From assembly GCA_963822965.1 (NCBI GenBank), contig CAWGJT010000014.1, positions 288,001 to 352,000 on the forward strand: DNA of 64,000 nt, read 5' to 3'. Source of the DNA: an uncultured delta proteobacterium. Its GTDB lineage: Bacteria; Myxococcota_A; UBA9160; UBA4427. Positions 20,623-30,167 of the stretch are shown here, one piece after another (position 1 is the stretch's first letter; each line of letters opens with the position of its first letter). The position numbers and the translations under genes were made by a program. A model generated the notes under the pieces. That model did no database searches, was not told the DNA's origin, and saw only the letters and a list, made by a program, of their open reading frames with translations.

Positions 20623-21944
20623 ATGTCTGCTTCTGCTACCCAACCCGTCTCCGAGCACGGGCTTCGACCGGTTCGAGCTCCACCCGGACCTCGTGCGCGG
20701 CATCCGCGCCGCCGGGTTCACCGAGCCCCGACCCATCCAGGTCGACACCATTCCGGCGGCCCTCGAAGGCGCCGACGTGCTGGGCCTCGCCCAGACCGGC
20801 ACCGGCAAGACGGCGGCGTTCGCGCTGCCCCTGCTCGACCAGCTGCTGGACGAGCGCAAGCCCGGGCCCCGCGCCCTCGTCGTCGCACCCACGCGTGAGC
20901 TGGCCACCCAGATCGACGCCGAGATCCGCCTGCTCGCGAAGTTCACGCCCGCTCAAGACGACGCTCGTCTTCGGCGGCGTCTCCATGAGCGGCCAGATCG
21001 CGGCGCTGCGGCGCCGGCCCGAGGTGATCGTGGCCTGCCCTGGACGCCTGCTCGACCTGATGCGCCAGGGCGCCGTGCGCCTCGGCGACGTCGAGACCCT
21101 CGTGCTCGACGAGGCCGACCACATGTTCGACATGGGCTTCCTGCCCGACATCCGCCGCATCCTCCAGGCGCTGCCCAAGGACCGACAGAACCTGCTCTTC
21201 TCGGCGACCATGCCGCCGGAGATCCGGCGCCTGGCCGACGAGGTGCTCTACGAGCCCCACGTCGTCGACCTCGCCGGCAGCGGTCCCGCCGAGACGATCG
21301 ATCACGCCCTGTACCCGGTGCCGGAGACGCGCAAGCGCGACCTGCTGGAGCACATCCTGGGCGGCGACGAATGCAAGTCGGCGATCGTCTTCACGCGCAC
21401 CAAGCACCGGGCGCGGCGCCTCGCCCAGCAGCTCGACCAGGCGGGCCACCGCGCCGTCGCGCTCCAGGGCAACATGTCCCAGGGGCAACGCGACCGTGCC
21501 ATGCGCGGCTTCCGCGACCGCCGCTTCGACATCCTGGTGGCGACGGACATCGCCGCCCGGGGCATCGACGTGAGCGGCGTCTCCCACGTGATCAACTACG
21601 ACGTGCCGACGACGCCCGAGGCCTACACCCACCGCATCGGCCGCACCGGCCGGTCGGAGCTCGAGGGCCAGGCCTGCACCTTCGTGACCGGTGAGGACTG
21701 GACCTGGGTGCGCGCGACCGAGCGCATGATCGGCGAATCGATCGCGCGAAAGCAGGTGGAGCGCCTGACCGAGGTGGAGTCCGCGCGGGAGACGCGGTCT
21801 GCGTCCGCGCGCAACCCGCGCGGCGGGAACCGAGGCGGCGATCGCGGCCGAAACCGGGACGGTGATCGTGGCCGTCCCGTAGCCTCGCGCGGCCGTCGCA
21901 GCGGAGGGCGCTCGCGCGGCGGCTCCCGTCCGGCGGCCCGCTAG
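20623..21944 (+). CDS. DEAD-box RNA helicase (RhlE-like); indels near 20660 and 20950
   Basis: [34 protein letters not shown] and an Arg/Gly-rich tail. Confidence 0.93.
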
Positions 21945-21974
21945 CCAGAGCCCTCGCCGCCGGCGCGGTTGGCT

Positions 21975-22601
21975 TCAGAGGAAGTCGACCGCGCCGGTCG
22001 CGACGTCGTACATCCCGCCCACGATGTCGATGGCGCCGGAGTCGTGCATCTCGCGGAGCACGTCGCTCTGCTTCGCGATGCCTTCCACCGTGCGCACCAC
22101 GTTCGCCCGGGCGACGGCGTCGACGAACGCGAGATTCTCCGAGGTGCGGGCGGTGGGATCGCGCGGCTCCGTCACTGCGTCCAGGGCGGGGTGGATCTTG
22201 CGGAGCATGCCCGTCAGGTGTCCCAGCTCGACTCCGTCGCAGGCGCCGCGGATGGCGCCGCACTGGGAGTGCCCCAGCACGACGACCAGCTTGGCTCCCG
22301 CGATCTGGCAGGCGAACTCCATGCTGCCCAGGATGTCGTCGTTGAGGAAGTTTCCGGCGATCCGCACGCTGAAGATGTCGCCGAGCCCCTGATCGAAGAT
22401 CAGCTCGGCGGACGTGCGCGAGTCGATGCAGCTCAGGATCACCGCGAAGGGCCACTGGCCATCGCGGGTCTCGTTGACCTGCTGGAGCAGATTCCGGTTC
22501 GCCTTCAGATTCGCCAGGAAACGGGCGTTTCCCTCCTTCAGGATCTGGAGCGCCTCGCCGGGCGTCATCGAGTCGCGCGTCTCGCGGGTGTGCCGGTACA
22601 T
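21975..22601 (-). CDS. Beta-class carbonic anhydrase
   Basis: Zinc ligands CIDSR and HSQCGA; FDQGLGDIFSVRIAGN. Confidence 0.93.
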   Translation of the reverse strand: MYRHTRETRDSMTPGEALQILKEGNARFLANLKANRNLLQQVNETRDGQWPFAVILSCIDSRTSAELIFDQGLGDIFSVRIAGNFLNDDILGSMEFACQIAGAKLVVVLGHSQCGAIRGACDGVELGHLTGMLRKIHPALDAVTEPRDPTARTSENLAFVDAVARANVVRTVEGIAKQSDVLREMHDSGAIDIVGGMYDVATGAVDFL

Positions 22602-22673
22602 GGGGAGTCCTCGTCTGCGGGTCGGGGTCCGTCCGAAAGCTTCGCCATCCGGGCCGGGCCGTGCCACTGGGGT

Positions 22674-24239
22674 TCAGGCCGCGCGGGCCACCTGGGGCGG
22701 CCTCTCGGGGCGCGGGAGGGTCTCGATCACGAGGTCGCGGCTCTCGGCCGAGGCCTCGAAGTCCTGCAGGATCTCCAGCACGTCGTGGTCGACGTCCTGG
22801 GTGCGGCTCATGTCGATCACCACGTGCGACCCGTCCGGCACCTTGCCGAGCTGCTGGAGGATCGCCCCCCGGCTCAGGAACGAGACGTGCTCGGCGAGCT
22901 GCAGCCGGACGAGATGGCGCTCGTCCGGGTCGTCCCGCTCCTCCACCTCGAGGGAATGGGAGTTCAGGTAGTTGCTGCGCAGGATCGCCAGCAGCGCCAC
23001 GACGAGGCCCAGCCCGACGCCGGTCAGCAGGTCGGCGAGGAGGATGCCCGCGATCGTCACCACGAAGGGTATGGATTGCGCCGGACCGAGCCTCACCATG
23101 GTCACCAAGATCGACGGCTTGGCGAGCTTGTAGCCCACCACCAGGAGGATGCTCGCCAGCACCGCCAGGGGCACCAGGTTCAGCAGGCCGGGTAGCGCGA
23201 GCACCGCCAGGGCGAGCAGCACGCCGTGGATGATGGCGGCGTTCTTCGAGCGGGCGCCGGACTGCACGTTGGCCGAGCTGCGCACGATCACCTGGGTGAC
23301 GGGGAGGCCGCCGACCAGCCCCGAGAGCATGTTGCCGACCCCCTGGGCGACCAGCTCGCGGTCGGTGGGCGTGACGCGCTTGGCGGGATCGAGCTTGTCG
23401 GTCGCCTCGGCGCACAGCAGGGTCTCCAGGCTCGCGACCACGGCGAGGGTGACCGCGGTGGCGTAGACCGCCGGATTCGCCAGCTGGGAGAAGTCGGGGA
23501 GCGTGAAGAGCCCTGCCATCTCCGAGAGTCCGCGGGCGACCGGGATGTCCACGAGGTGCGCGCCGCCGAGCGCCCAGCCCGGTGCGAAGCTCTGCGCTGC
23601 GACCTGGAACAGGATGCCGAATGCCACGGCCACCATCGGGCCCTGGACCAGGTGGAAGACCCGGGAGCGCGGGATCAGGACCTTGTCCCAGAAGACGAGG
23701 ATGCCGAGGGAGACCCCGGCGACCAGCAGCGCACTCGGCTCCACGTGATCGGCCGCGCGCAGGATCTCGCTGAAGGTGGTCTCGCCGTCCGGCTGGAGGA
23801 AGGCGAGCTGGCCCTGCGGGTCGGCGTCCCATCCGAATGCGTGCGGGATCTGCTTCAGGATGATCAGCAGGCCGATGCCCGACAACATGCCCTTGATGAC
23901 CGACGACGGGAAGAAGTAGGCGAGCACACCGGCGCGGGCGGCGCCGAGAACGATCTGGAAGACGCCCCCGAGCACCACGGCCAGCAGGAAGGCCTCGTAG
24001 CTCCCCAGGCGCTCGATCGCCGTCACCACGATGACGACCAGGCCGGCGGCCGGGCCCGACACCCCCAGCGGCGACCCGCTCAGGATGCCCACGACGATGC
24101 CGCCGACGACGCCTGCGATCAGGCCGGCGAAGAGCGGAGCGCCGCTCGCGAGCGCGATCCCGAGACACAGGGGGACCGCCACGAAGAAGACGACGATTCC
24201 CGCCGGCAGGTCGTATCGCAGGTCGCGCAGCTGGCTCAT
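22674..24239 (-). CDS. SulP family anion (probably bicarbonate) transporter
   Basis: DLPAGIVVFFVAVPLCLGIALASG, VSGPAAGL, VIVRSS and a degenerate STAS C-terminus. Confidence 0.92.
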   Translation of the reverse strand: MSQLRDLRYDLPAGIVVFFVAVPLCLGIALASGAPLFAGLIAGVVGGIVVGILSGSPLGVSGPAAGLVVIVVTAIERLGSYEAFLLAVVLGGVFQIVLGAARAGVLAYFFPSSVIKGMLSGIGLLIILKQIPHAFGWDADPQGQLAFLQPDGETTFSEILRAADHVEPSALLVAGVSLGILVFWDKVLIPRSRVFHLVQGPMVAVAFGILFQVAAQSFAPGWALGGAHLVDIPVARGLSEMAGLFTLPDFSQLANPAVYATAVTLAVVASLETLLCAEATDKLDPAKRVTPTDRELVAQGVGNMLSGLVGGLPVTQVIVRSSANVQSGARSKNAAIIHGVLLALAVLALPGLLNLVPLAVLASILLVVGYKLAKPSILVTMVRLGPAQSIPFVVTIAGILLADLLTGVGLGLVVALLAILRSNYLNSHSLEVEERDDPDERHLVRLQLAEHVSFLSRGAILQQLGKVPDGSHVVIDMSRTQDVDHDVLEILQDFEASAESRDLVIETLPRPERPPQVARAA

Positions 24240-24348
24240 CGGGTCCTCCGGATCCGTCGCGATGCCGCCCGGGGACGGCGGCATTCGGGCGGAGGCGAGG
24301 AGACTAGAGGCTGCATCTGATCGAACAAGTGCGATTCTGTATCTTGTT

Positions 24349-24367
24349 TGATAGCTTCTGTCTATCA
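24349..24367. promoter_or_regulatory. LysR/OxyR-type operator TGATAG-N7-CTATCA in the divergent sulP/lysR promoter
   Basis: Perfect dyad TGATAGcttctgtCTATCA (T-N11-A core) in an AT-rich patch. Confidence 0.7.
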
Positions 24368-24436
24368 GTCCAATCCACTTGCATCGAGAGGCGGGTCGGG
24401 CTCCGCCCCGGAAGGCGAAGGTGGGGGAGGAGATCG

Positions 24437-25402
24437 ATGGAGCGCCAGCGACCCACCGTCCGGCAGATCGAGTACTTCGTTGCGGTGGCCGACGCCTCGA
24501 GCTTCCGGCGCGCGGCCCAGCGCCTGCGCGTGAGCCAGCCCACCCTGACGAACCAGATCGTGGCCCTCGAGCAGGCATTCGGGCTCCGGCTCTTCGAGCG
24601 GTCCCGGGCCGGCACGTTGCTCACCGCGAACGCCCGCGAGCTGCTGCCGAACGCGCGACGGCTGCTGGAGGAGTTCCAGGGCCTGGTCGACCGGGCCGAG
24701 TCGGTGTCGCGGGGGCCCGCCGGCACGTACCGGCTCGGGGTCACGCCGACCCTGGGACCCTATCTCCTGCCCCACATCCTGCCCGCCATCCACCGTCGCT
24801 ATGCGGCGCTCAAGCTCTACGTCCGAGAGGACACGCCGCGCAATCTCGAGTCCGGCCTGGCCGCCGGCGAGCACGACCTGATCCTCACCCCTCTGCCGGT
24901 GGACGAGCCGCGCTTGACGGTGGCGCCGCTCTTCCGGGAGCCCCTCCGGCTCGTCATGTCCTCGGAGCATCGCCTCGCCGGCAAGAAGCGGATCGACCGC
25001 GGCGATCTGGCGGGCGAGTCGGTGCTCACCATCGGGGAGCATCACCACTTCCACCGGCAGATCCAGCAGCTCTGCGAGCGCCTGGGCGCCCACGTGCGCC
25101 AGGACTACGAGGGCACGAGCCTGGACACCCTGCGGCACATGGTGGTGATGGGGATGGGGATCGCGTTTCTGCCCGCGCTCTACATCCGCTCGGAGATCCA
25201 TCGCCCCCGGGAGCTGCGGGTGGCGACGGTCCACGGAGAGGTGATCGAACGCACCCATGCGCTGGCTTGGCGGGTCGCGTCTCCGGCGCGCCAGCTCTTC
25301 CGGGAGATAGCCAACGAGATCCGCGCGCTGACCGCCCGCGACCTCGCGGCCGAGCTGCGGACCGTGCCGCCGGGCGATCCACGCGCGCGAGCGGCGGGCT
25401 GA
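24437..25402 (+). CDS. LysR-type regulator, OxyR-like subfamily
   Basis: YFVAVA...FRRAA..L.VSQPTL HTH, GVTPTLGPYLLP and TSLDTLRHMV.MG.G. Confidence 0.9.
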   Translation: MERQRPTVRQIEYFVAVADASSFRRAAQRLRVSQPTLTNQIVALEQAFGLRLFERSRAGTLLTANARELLPNARRLLEEFQGLVDRAESVSRGPAGTYRLGVTPTLGPYLLPHILPAIHRRYAALKLYVREDTPRNLESGLAAGEHDLILTPLPVDEPRLTVAPLFREPLRLVMSSEHRLAGKKRIDRGDLAGESVLTIGEHHHFHRQIQQLCERLGAHVRQDYEGTSLDTLRHMVVMGMGIAFLPALYIRSEIHRPRELRVATVHGEVIERTHALAWRVASPARQLFREIANEIRALTARDLAAELRTVPPGDPRARAAG

Positions 25403-25441
25403 GGCGGGACCCCGGTCCCGGCGGCGCGGCTGGAAGCCGGC

Positions 25442-25861
25442 TCACCGGAGCATCAGGACGGGGCAGTCCGCCAGCAGGGCGACCTGGTGGCTCGTCGTGC
25501 CGATGCCGCCGTGCGGACGGTCGGGGCTCACCCGGTGGGAGGTGACGACGATCAGGTCGCAGCCGCTCTCGTCGGCGAACTGGACGATCTGCGCGCCGCG
25601 CGGGCCGTAGCGCACCACGCAGCGGCACTCGATGTTCCGCTTCTCGAGCCCTTCGCGCAGCCGCGCCAGCTCGTGCTCGGCCTTCACCTGCAGGTCCCGG
25701 TAGAACTCCGCGAGCTCCTCGAACTCCACCCCGCGAATCGTCTCGATCACGTGCAGGATCGTGACGACCGTGGTGCCGGGCTCGGCCAGCTCGGCCACCT
25801 GCTCCAGGGCATGGTCGTTCCGTTCGCTCAGGTCAACGGGCGCCAGGATGTGTTCGAACAT
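25442..25861 (-). CDS. Universal stress protein
   Basis: FEHILAPVDLS...CDLIVV...G.TS..V...ADCPVL. Confidence 0.88.
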   Translation of the reverse strand: MFEHILAPVDLSERNDHALEQVAELAEPGTTVVTILHVIETIRGVEFEELAEFYRDLQVKAEHELARLREGLEKRNIECRCVVRYGPRGAQIVQFADESGCDLIVVTSHRVSPDRPHGGIGTTSHQVALLADCPVLMLR

Positions 25862-26840
25862 GGGTCCCCTTCGAGTCGGGCTGGAGGATACGGGATCGTC
25901 CTCGGTCCGGCTGGATCGCGAGGGTCGGCCCTTCGCTCCGGCGCCGGCGGCGAAGCGCCTCGGCGCCCGCGCCCCCCAGCAGGGCGGCGAGGCCGGTGAG
26001 CGCTGCGGGGCCGAGCGCGGGGAGCGACGCCGGGGACGGCTCGCCGTCCAGCCGAAGCGCGACCTCGTACCCGCCGCTCGAGAAGCCGGGCAGCGGGCCG
26101 GTGCTCGGGAGCCAGGACCCCGCCGCGCCGGCCTCCAGGTGGACGTCGAGCGTGTAGGTTCCGGCGGGAAGGGTTCCCGACATCACCACCGGCGGGGGCT
26201 CCACGCGGCAGACGCCGAAGCTCGGACTGACCGCGCACGACGGGTCGAACGAGGCATGCAGCGTCGCGACGGGCCCGGTCGGACCTTCCAGGGCCACGTC
26301 GAGGACGGCCGTTCCGCTCACGGGAAAGGCGGGGTCGGGGTGCTCGACCCAGCCGCTGGCTTCGAAGCGGAACCCGGTGGCCGCATCCAGGCTCACCGTC
26401 ACCAGGAAGTCGTTCGTCGTCGAGGGATCGACGGTGCGGAGCACCAGGACGTACGACGGATCGTCGATCTCGCTGGCCGTGGCGTTCGCGCTGGCGTCGC
26501 CGGTGGCGAGCAGGGCGCCGGGGGCGAGAGACGAGGCCTGGGTGCTGGTGCCGCCGGGCGTCGCAGCCGTCTCGTCGAAGGTCGCGAAGTCCGGCGCCGT
26601 CCGGACGTCCGATGCCGTTGTGGTGCCGAGGTCGACCGGGCAGCCCGGTAGCGGCGGGCCGACGCCGCCCTCGAGGCACGTATAGCCCGTGGTCGAGTCG
26701 GTGGTGTCCGAGTGGAGCGCACGCAGCTGGCTCACGGGGGTGAAGCCGACCGCGCCGGCCGGACCGGCGGCGAGCATCGAGGCGGCGAGCCAGGGGAGCA
26801 CCCGGGACCGAACGCGCCGGCGACACGCCGCGGAGATCAT
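25833..26840 (-). CDS. Secreted hypothetical protein with IPTL/PEP-CTERM-like sorting tail (3' end uncertain)
   Basis: Signal peptide, a Thr/Ser-rich body, then LPALGPAALTGLAALLGGAGAEALRRRR. Confidence 0.55.
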   Translation of the reverse strand: MISAACRRRVRSRVLPWLAASMLAAGPAGAVGFTPVSQLRALHSDTTDSTTGYTCLEGGVGPPLPGCPVDLGTTTASDVRTAPDFATFDETAATPGGTSTQASSLAPGALLATGDASANATASEIDDPSYVLVLRTVDPSTTNDFLVTVSLDAATGFRFEASGWVEHPDPAFPVSGTAVLDVALEGPTGPVATLHASFDPSCAVSPSFGVCRVEPPPVVMSGTLPAGTYTLDVHLEAGAAGSWLPSTGPLPGFSSGGYEVALRLDGEPSPASLPALGPAALTGLAALLGGAGAEALRRRRRSEGPTLAIQPDRGRSRILQPDSKGTHVRTHPGAR

Positions 26841-26932
26841 GATGGGACCATGCTATCACGATCGTGTCGCGGCCGGGTCGATGCGGGCGAGCGGGGCGGC
26901 TCGAGCGCCCTCGGCTCTCCTCCGGCTCGGCC

Positions 26933-27418
26933 TCAGCTCGGCTCGCGCTTCTGCGCGGCGTCGGGCTTCGCGGGGATCTCTCCGCGCCACCCCTCCAGCT
27001 CCTTGCCCCGTTCCTCGACGAAGCGCTTGAAGCGCTCGAGATCGCCCTCGACCCGCCGGCCGAGCAGGCCGAGCACGTCGCCGATCTTCTCGCTCACGCG
27101 TTCGGGCTCGTACTGCATCTGCAGCATCACTCGCGAGCTGTCGTCCGAGAGCCGGTGGAAGGTGACCACGCCGGCGTTGGTGGTGCCTCCCTCGGAACGC
27201 CATGCGATGCGCTTGTCCGGGATCTGCTCGGTGATCTCCGCGTCCCACTCCTCGGTCTCGCCCCACACGTTGGCGCGCCAGTGGAGATGGCGGTCGTCCT
27301 TCTGCACCACCTTCTCGACGCCCTGCATGAAGGCGGGAAAGAGCTCGAAGCGGGTCCAGGCGTTGTACGAGGTCGATGCAGGGGCTCCCACCTCGATGGA
27401 TCGTTCGATGGTCGTCAT
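26933..27418 (-). CDS. SRPBCC / polyketide cyclase family protein
   Basis: YNAWTRFELFPAFMQGV, EWDAEITEQIPDKRIAWRS and GDLERFK. Confidence 0.9.
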   Translation of the reverse strand: MTTIERSIEVGAPASTSYNAWTRFELFPAFMQGVEKVVQKDDRHLHWRANVWGETEEWDAEITEQIPDKRIAWRSEGGTTNAGVVTFHRLSDDSSRVMLQMQYEPERVSEKIGDVLGLLGRRVEGDLERFKRFVEERGKELEGWRGEIPAKPDAAQKREPS

Positions 27419-27564
27419 GTCAGGCTCCTCCTCAGGGCCCGCCGGGGCGAAACGTGCGGCTTCTACAAAGCGCGGCTACGAAGCGCGGCCGGGGAGGGAC
27501 TCCCCTCCCGCCGCTCCCGCCTGCGGGCCGGATCTTCTCGTTCATCTTTGCTGCTTCGAGGAGT

Positions 27565-27580
27565 TGCAAGCGCCATGCCC
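27565..27580 (-). promoter_or_regulatory. sigma54 promoter upstream of the SRPBCC gene
   Basis: Minus strand GGGCATG-GCGC-TTGCA. Confidence 0.55.
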
Positions 27581-27599
27581 GGGCCGCTCGCAGCGGCGC

Positions 27600-28958
27600 T
27601 CACCGGGCCACGCGCGACCGGATGTCCCGCTCCACGGACTCGCGCGCGCGCTCGAGCTCCGGGCTGATCTCGACCGGGAAGGGCGGATCGGCCGGCGCCA
27701 GGGCGCGGATGTGCTCGGGCAGGCGCTCGATCTCGCGTCTCGCCCGCTCGCGCGCCGCTTCCAGGGCCTCTCGAGCCGCGTCGATGCGGCGGCCCTTCGT
27801 CATCACGTGTCGCAGGAGCGGCCGACCCGGTAGGGACTCTCCGTGGCGTGCGATCACGTCGCGCACGGCCAGGCCGTCGTGCTCGAGGCGGAAGACCTGC
27901 TTGCGCGCGGGCAGGATGGCCTTTCCGGGGGAAAGCTTCATGCGTCCGCGCCCGGCGTATGCCACCAGCTTGTAGGCGATGTCGAGGCTGGGAGCGTCGG
28001 CCGAGACCGCCATCCGGGTTCCGACCCCGAAGCCGTCCACCGGAGCGCCCGCCTCGAGCAGGGCCGAGATCCGCTGCTCGTCCAGCCCTCCGCTCACGAA
28101 GATCTGCACGGACGAGAGTCCCGCCTGGTCCAGCCGCTTGCGCGTCCGTCCGGCGAGCTCGGCCAGATCGCCCGAGTCGAGACGGACCCCTCGCACGTGG
28201 AAGTCGTCGCGAAGCTCGCCGGCCAGGTCCACCACGCGTTCGACGCCCCGCTCGGTCTCGTAGGTGTCCACGAGCAGCACGCTGTCCGGATGCACCCGGG
28301 TGAAGTGGCGGTAGGCCTCGAGCTCGTCGTCGTGGGCCTGCACGTAGCTGTGGGCCATGGTGCCGGCGAGCGGGACTCCGTAGCGCTGGCCGGCTGCGAC
28401 GTTCGAGGTGGCGCTCCCGCCGGCCACGTAGAAGGCCCGCGCTGCCTTGAGGGCGGCGTCGATCCCGTGGGCGCGGCGCATGCCGAAGTCCACCACCGGT
28501 CTGCCCCGCGCAGCGCCGACGACGCGTGCCGCCTTGGAGGCCAGGACGGTCTGCAGGTGGATCTGGTTCATGACCAGGGTCTCCACGAGCTGCGCCTCCG
28601 CGATCGGCGCCACCACCTCGACGAGCGGCTCGTCCGCGAAGCACGGCGTTCCCTCCGGCAGGGCGAAGACCTCTCCGGTGAACCGGAATCCCTGGAGGTA
28701 CTGCAGGAAACGCCCCGGGAATCCCTGGGCTTCCAGCACCGCGAGAGAATCCGAATCGAAGCGCAGCTCCTCCAGCAGGGTGAGCGCGTCGTCGAGCCCG
28801 CAGGCGAGCAGGTAGTTGCGCTGCTCGGGAAGACGTCGCACGAAGAGGCTGAACACGGCCTCGTCGTGCATGCCCTCCTCGAAGTAGGCTTGGAGCATGG
28901 TGAGCTCGTAGAGGTCCGTGAAGAGAGCCGGCGAGACCGTGCGGTCGCGATCCTTCAT
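27600..28958 (-). CDS. pncB: Nicotinate phosphoribosyltransferase
   Basis: LFTDLYELTM, DFGMRRAHG, GTMAHS, LLVDTY, RLDSGD and GVGT. Confidence 0.93.
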   Translation of the reverse strand: MKDRDRTVSPALFTDLYELTMLQAYFEEGMHDEAVFSLFVRRLPEQRNYLLACGLDDALTLLEELRFDSDSLAVLEAQGFPGRFLQYLQGFRFTGEVFALPEGTPCFADEPLVEVVAPIAEAQLVETLVMNQIHLQTVLASKAARVVGAARGRPVVDFGMRRAHGIDAALKAARAFYVAGGSATSNVAAGQRYGVPLAGTMAHSYVQAHDDELEAYRHFTRVHPDSVLLVDTYETERGVERVVDLAGELRDDFHVRGVRLDSGDLAELAGRTRKRLDQAGLSSVQIFVSGGLDEQRISALLEAGAPVDGFGVGTRMAVSADAPSLDIAYKLVAYAGRGRMKLSPGKAILPARKQVFRLEHDGLAVRDVIARHGESLPGRPLLRHVMTKGRRIDAAREALEAARERARREIERLPEHIRALAPADPPFPVEISPELERARESVERDIRSRVAR

Positions 28959-28959
28959 C

Positions 28960-29589
28960 TCAGCCGTCCGCCTCGACGACGGCGCCCGCGTCGCGCAGCT
29001 CCGACAGCGTGCCCTCCACGGCCTCCTCGTCGACCGCACGGGTGGCGTTCGCAATCAGGTGAACGCCGAATCCCCGGCGCAGCGCGTCCATCACGCTGGC
29101 GCGCACGCAGACGTCGAGCGCGAGGCCGCCCACCCAGAGACGCCGCACGCCGAGGCGTCGCAGCTCGGCGTCGATTCCGGTGTCGTCGAAGACGGAGGTC
29201 TGGTCCTTGTCGAATCGCACCCCCTTCGCGACGGACAGGACGCCATCGGGAAGCTCGAGCCCGGGGTGGAGCTCGGCGCCGGGGCTGCCCTGCACGCAGT
29301 GCGTGGGCCAGGGGCCTCCGGCGGACTCGAAGCTCGGGTGCCCCTGCGGATGCCAGTCGCGGGAGACGACGATTGGAATGCCGGTGTGGGCCGCGGCGGC
29401 GATCCACTCGTTGAGCACCGGGACGACGTCGTCGCCGCCGGCGACGGCGAGCGCGCCCCCGGTGCAGAAGTCACGCTGGACGTCGACGACCACCAGCGCG
29501 TCGCCCGGCTCGAGTCGGGCGGCCGGGGCGGGGCGCCGGGCGTCGACCTCGTTCGGGACCGGGACGTCTCGCCGGGTGTCGGGGGTCAC
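28960..29589 (-). CDS. pncA: Nicotinamidase / pyrazinamidase
   Basis: VVDVQRDF..GGAL, DWHP..H, WPTHCVQG and GLALDVCV. Confidence 0.9.
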   Translation of the reverse strand: MTPDTRRDVPVPNEVDARRPAPAARLEPGDALVVVDVQRDFCTGGALAVAGGDDVVPVLNEWIAAAAHTGIPIVVSRDWHPQGHPSFESAGGPWPTHCVQGSPGAELHPGLELPDGVLSVAKGVRFDKDQTSVFDDTGIDAELRRLGVRRLWVGGLALDVCVRASVMDALRRGFGVHLIANATRAVDEEAVEGTLSELRDAGAVVEADG

Positions 29590-29628
29590 GGTCGGCCTCC
29601 CTGGGTGCAGAGTGTGCCTGAAAGTGAA

Positions 29629-29644
29629 AGCAAGGCATGTGCCA
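29629..29644 (-). promoter_or_regulatory. sigma54 promoter for pncA-pncB
   Basis: Minus strand TGGCACA-TGCC-TTGCT. Confidence 0.7.
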
Positions 29645-29709
29645 CCCGCAGATTCTGCAAAGTGCGGCTCCCACGGCGCGATCGCGCGAGCCACCGCGCC
29701 GCTCTCGCA

Positions 29710-29725
29710 TGGCACCGGGCTTGCA
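29710..29725 (+). promoter_or_regulatory. sigma54 promoter for the hypothetical gene at 29760
   Basis: TGGCACC-GGGC-TTGCA. Confidence 0.7.
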
Positions 29726-29759
29726 CCCCTTCGGAGCCAATCGCCTTTGGAGGAACGAC

Positions 29760-30152
29760 ATGACCGCCAGCACCACCACCCAGACCGCCGCCAGCGACAC
29801 CGTGACCCTCTTCACGGACGCGCTCAACGTCACCAACGCCGCACTCGCGAAGCACAAGGACTCGCTGCCCTACAAGCCCCTGCTGCAGGCCAGCGAGAAG
29901 ATCCTCGGCGATCGGCGGATCGGCGTCGAGGTCTACGACCGCGATCCGTCCTCGCCGTTCGAGTACTTCACGATTCGCTTCCGGGAGGGCGCCTTCGAGT
30001 TCGTCGCCCACGGCAAGCGCGAGCCCGACGTGGCCTGGAAGGTGTCTCGCTCGTATCTCGAGAAGATCACCGAGAGCCCGGAGGACTATGTCGAGAACCC
30101 CGCCAAGCTCGACTGGGACTGGCTCAAGAGCCGGGTGGGCCTGGCGGACTGA
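29760..30152 (+). CDS. Hypothetical protein (130 aa)
   Basis: Strong GGAGG RBS, GC3-rich codon usage and its own sigma54 promoter. Confidence 0.7.
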   Translation: MTASTTTQTAASDTVTLFTDALNVTNAALAKHKDSLPYKPLLQASEKILGDRRIGVEVYDRDPSSPFEYFTIRFREGAFEFVAHGKREPDVAWKVSRSYLEKITESPEDYVENPAKLDWDWLKSRVGLAD

Positions 30153-30167
30153 GCGTCTCGTTGCAGC

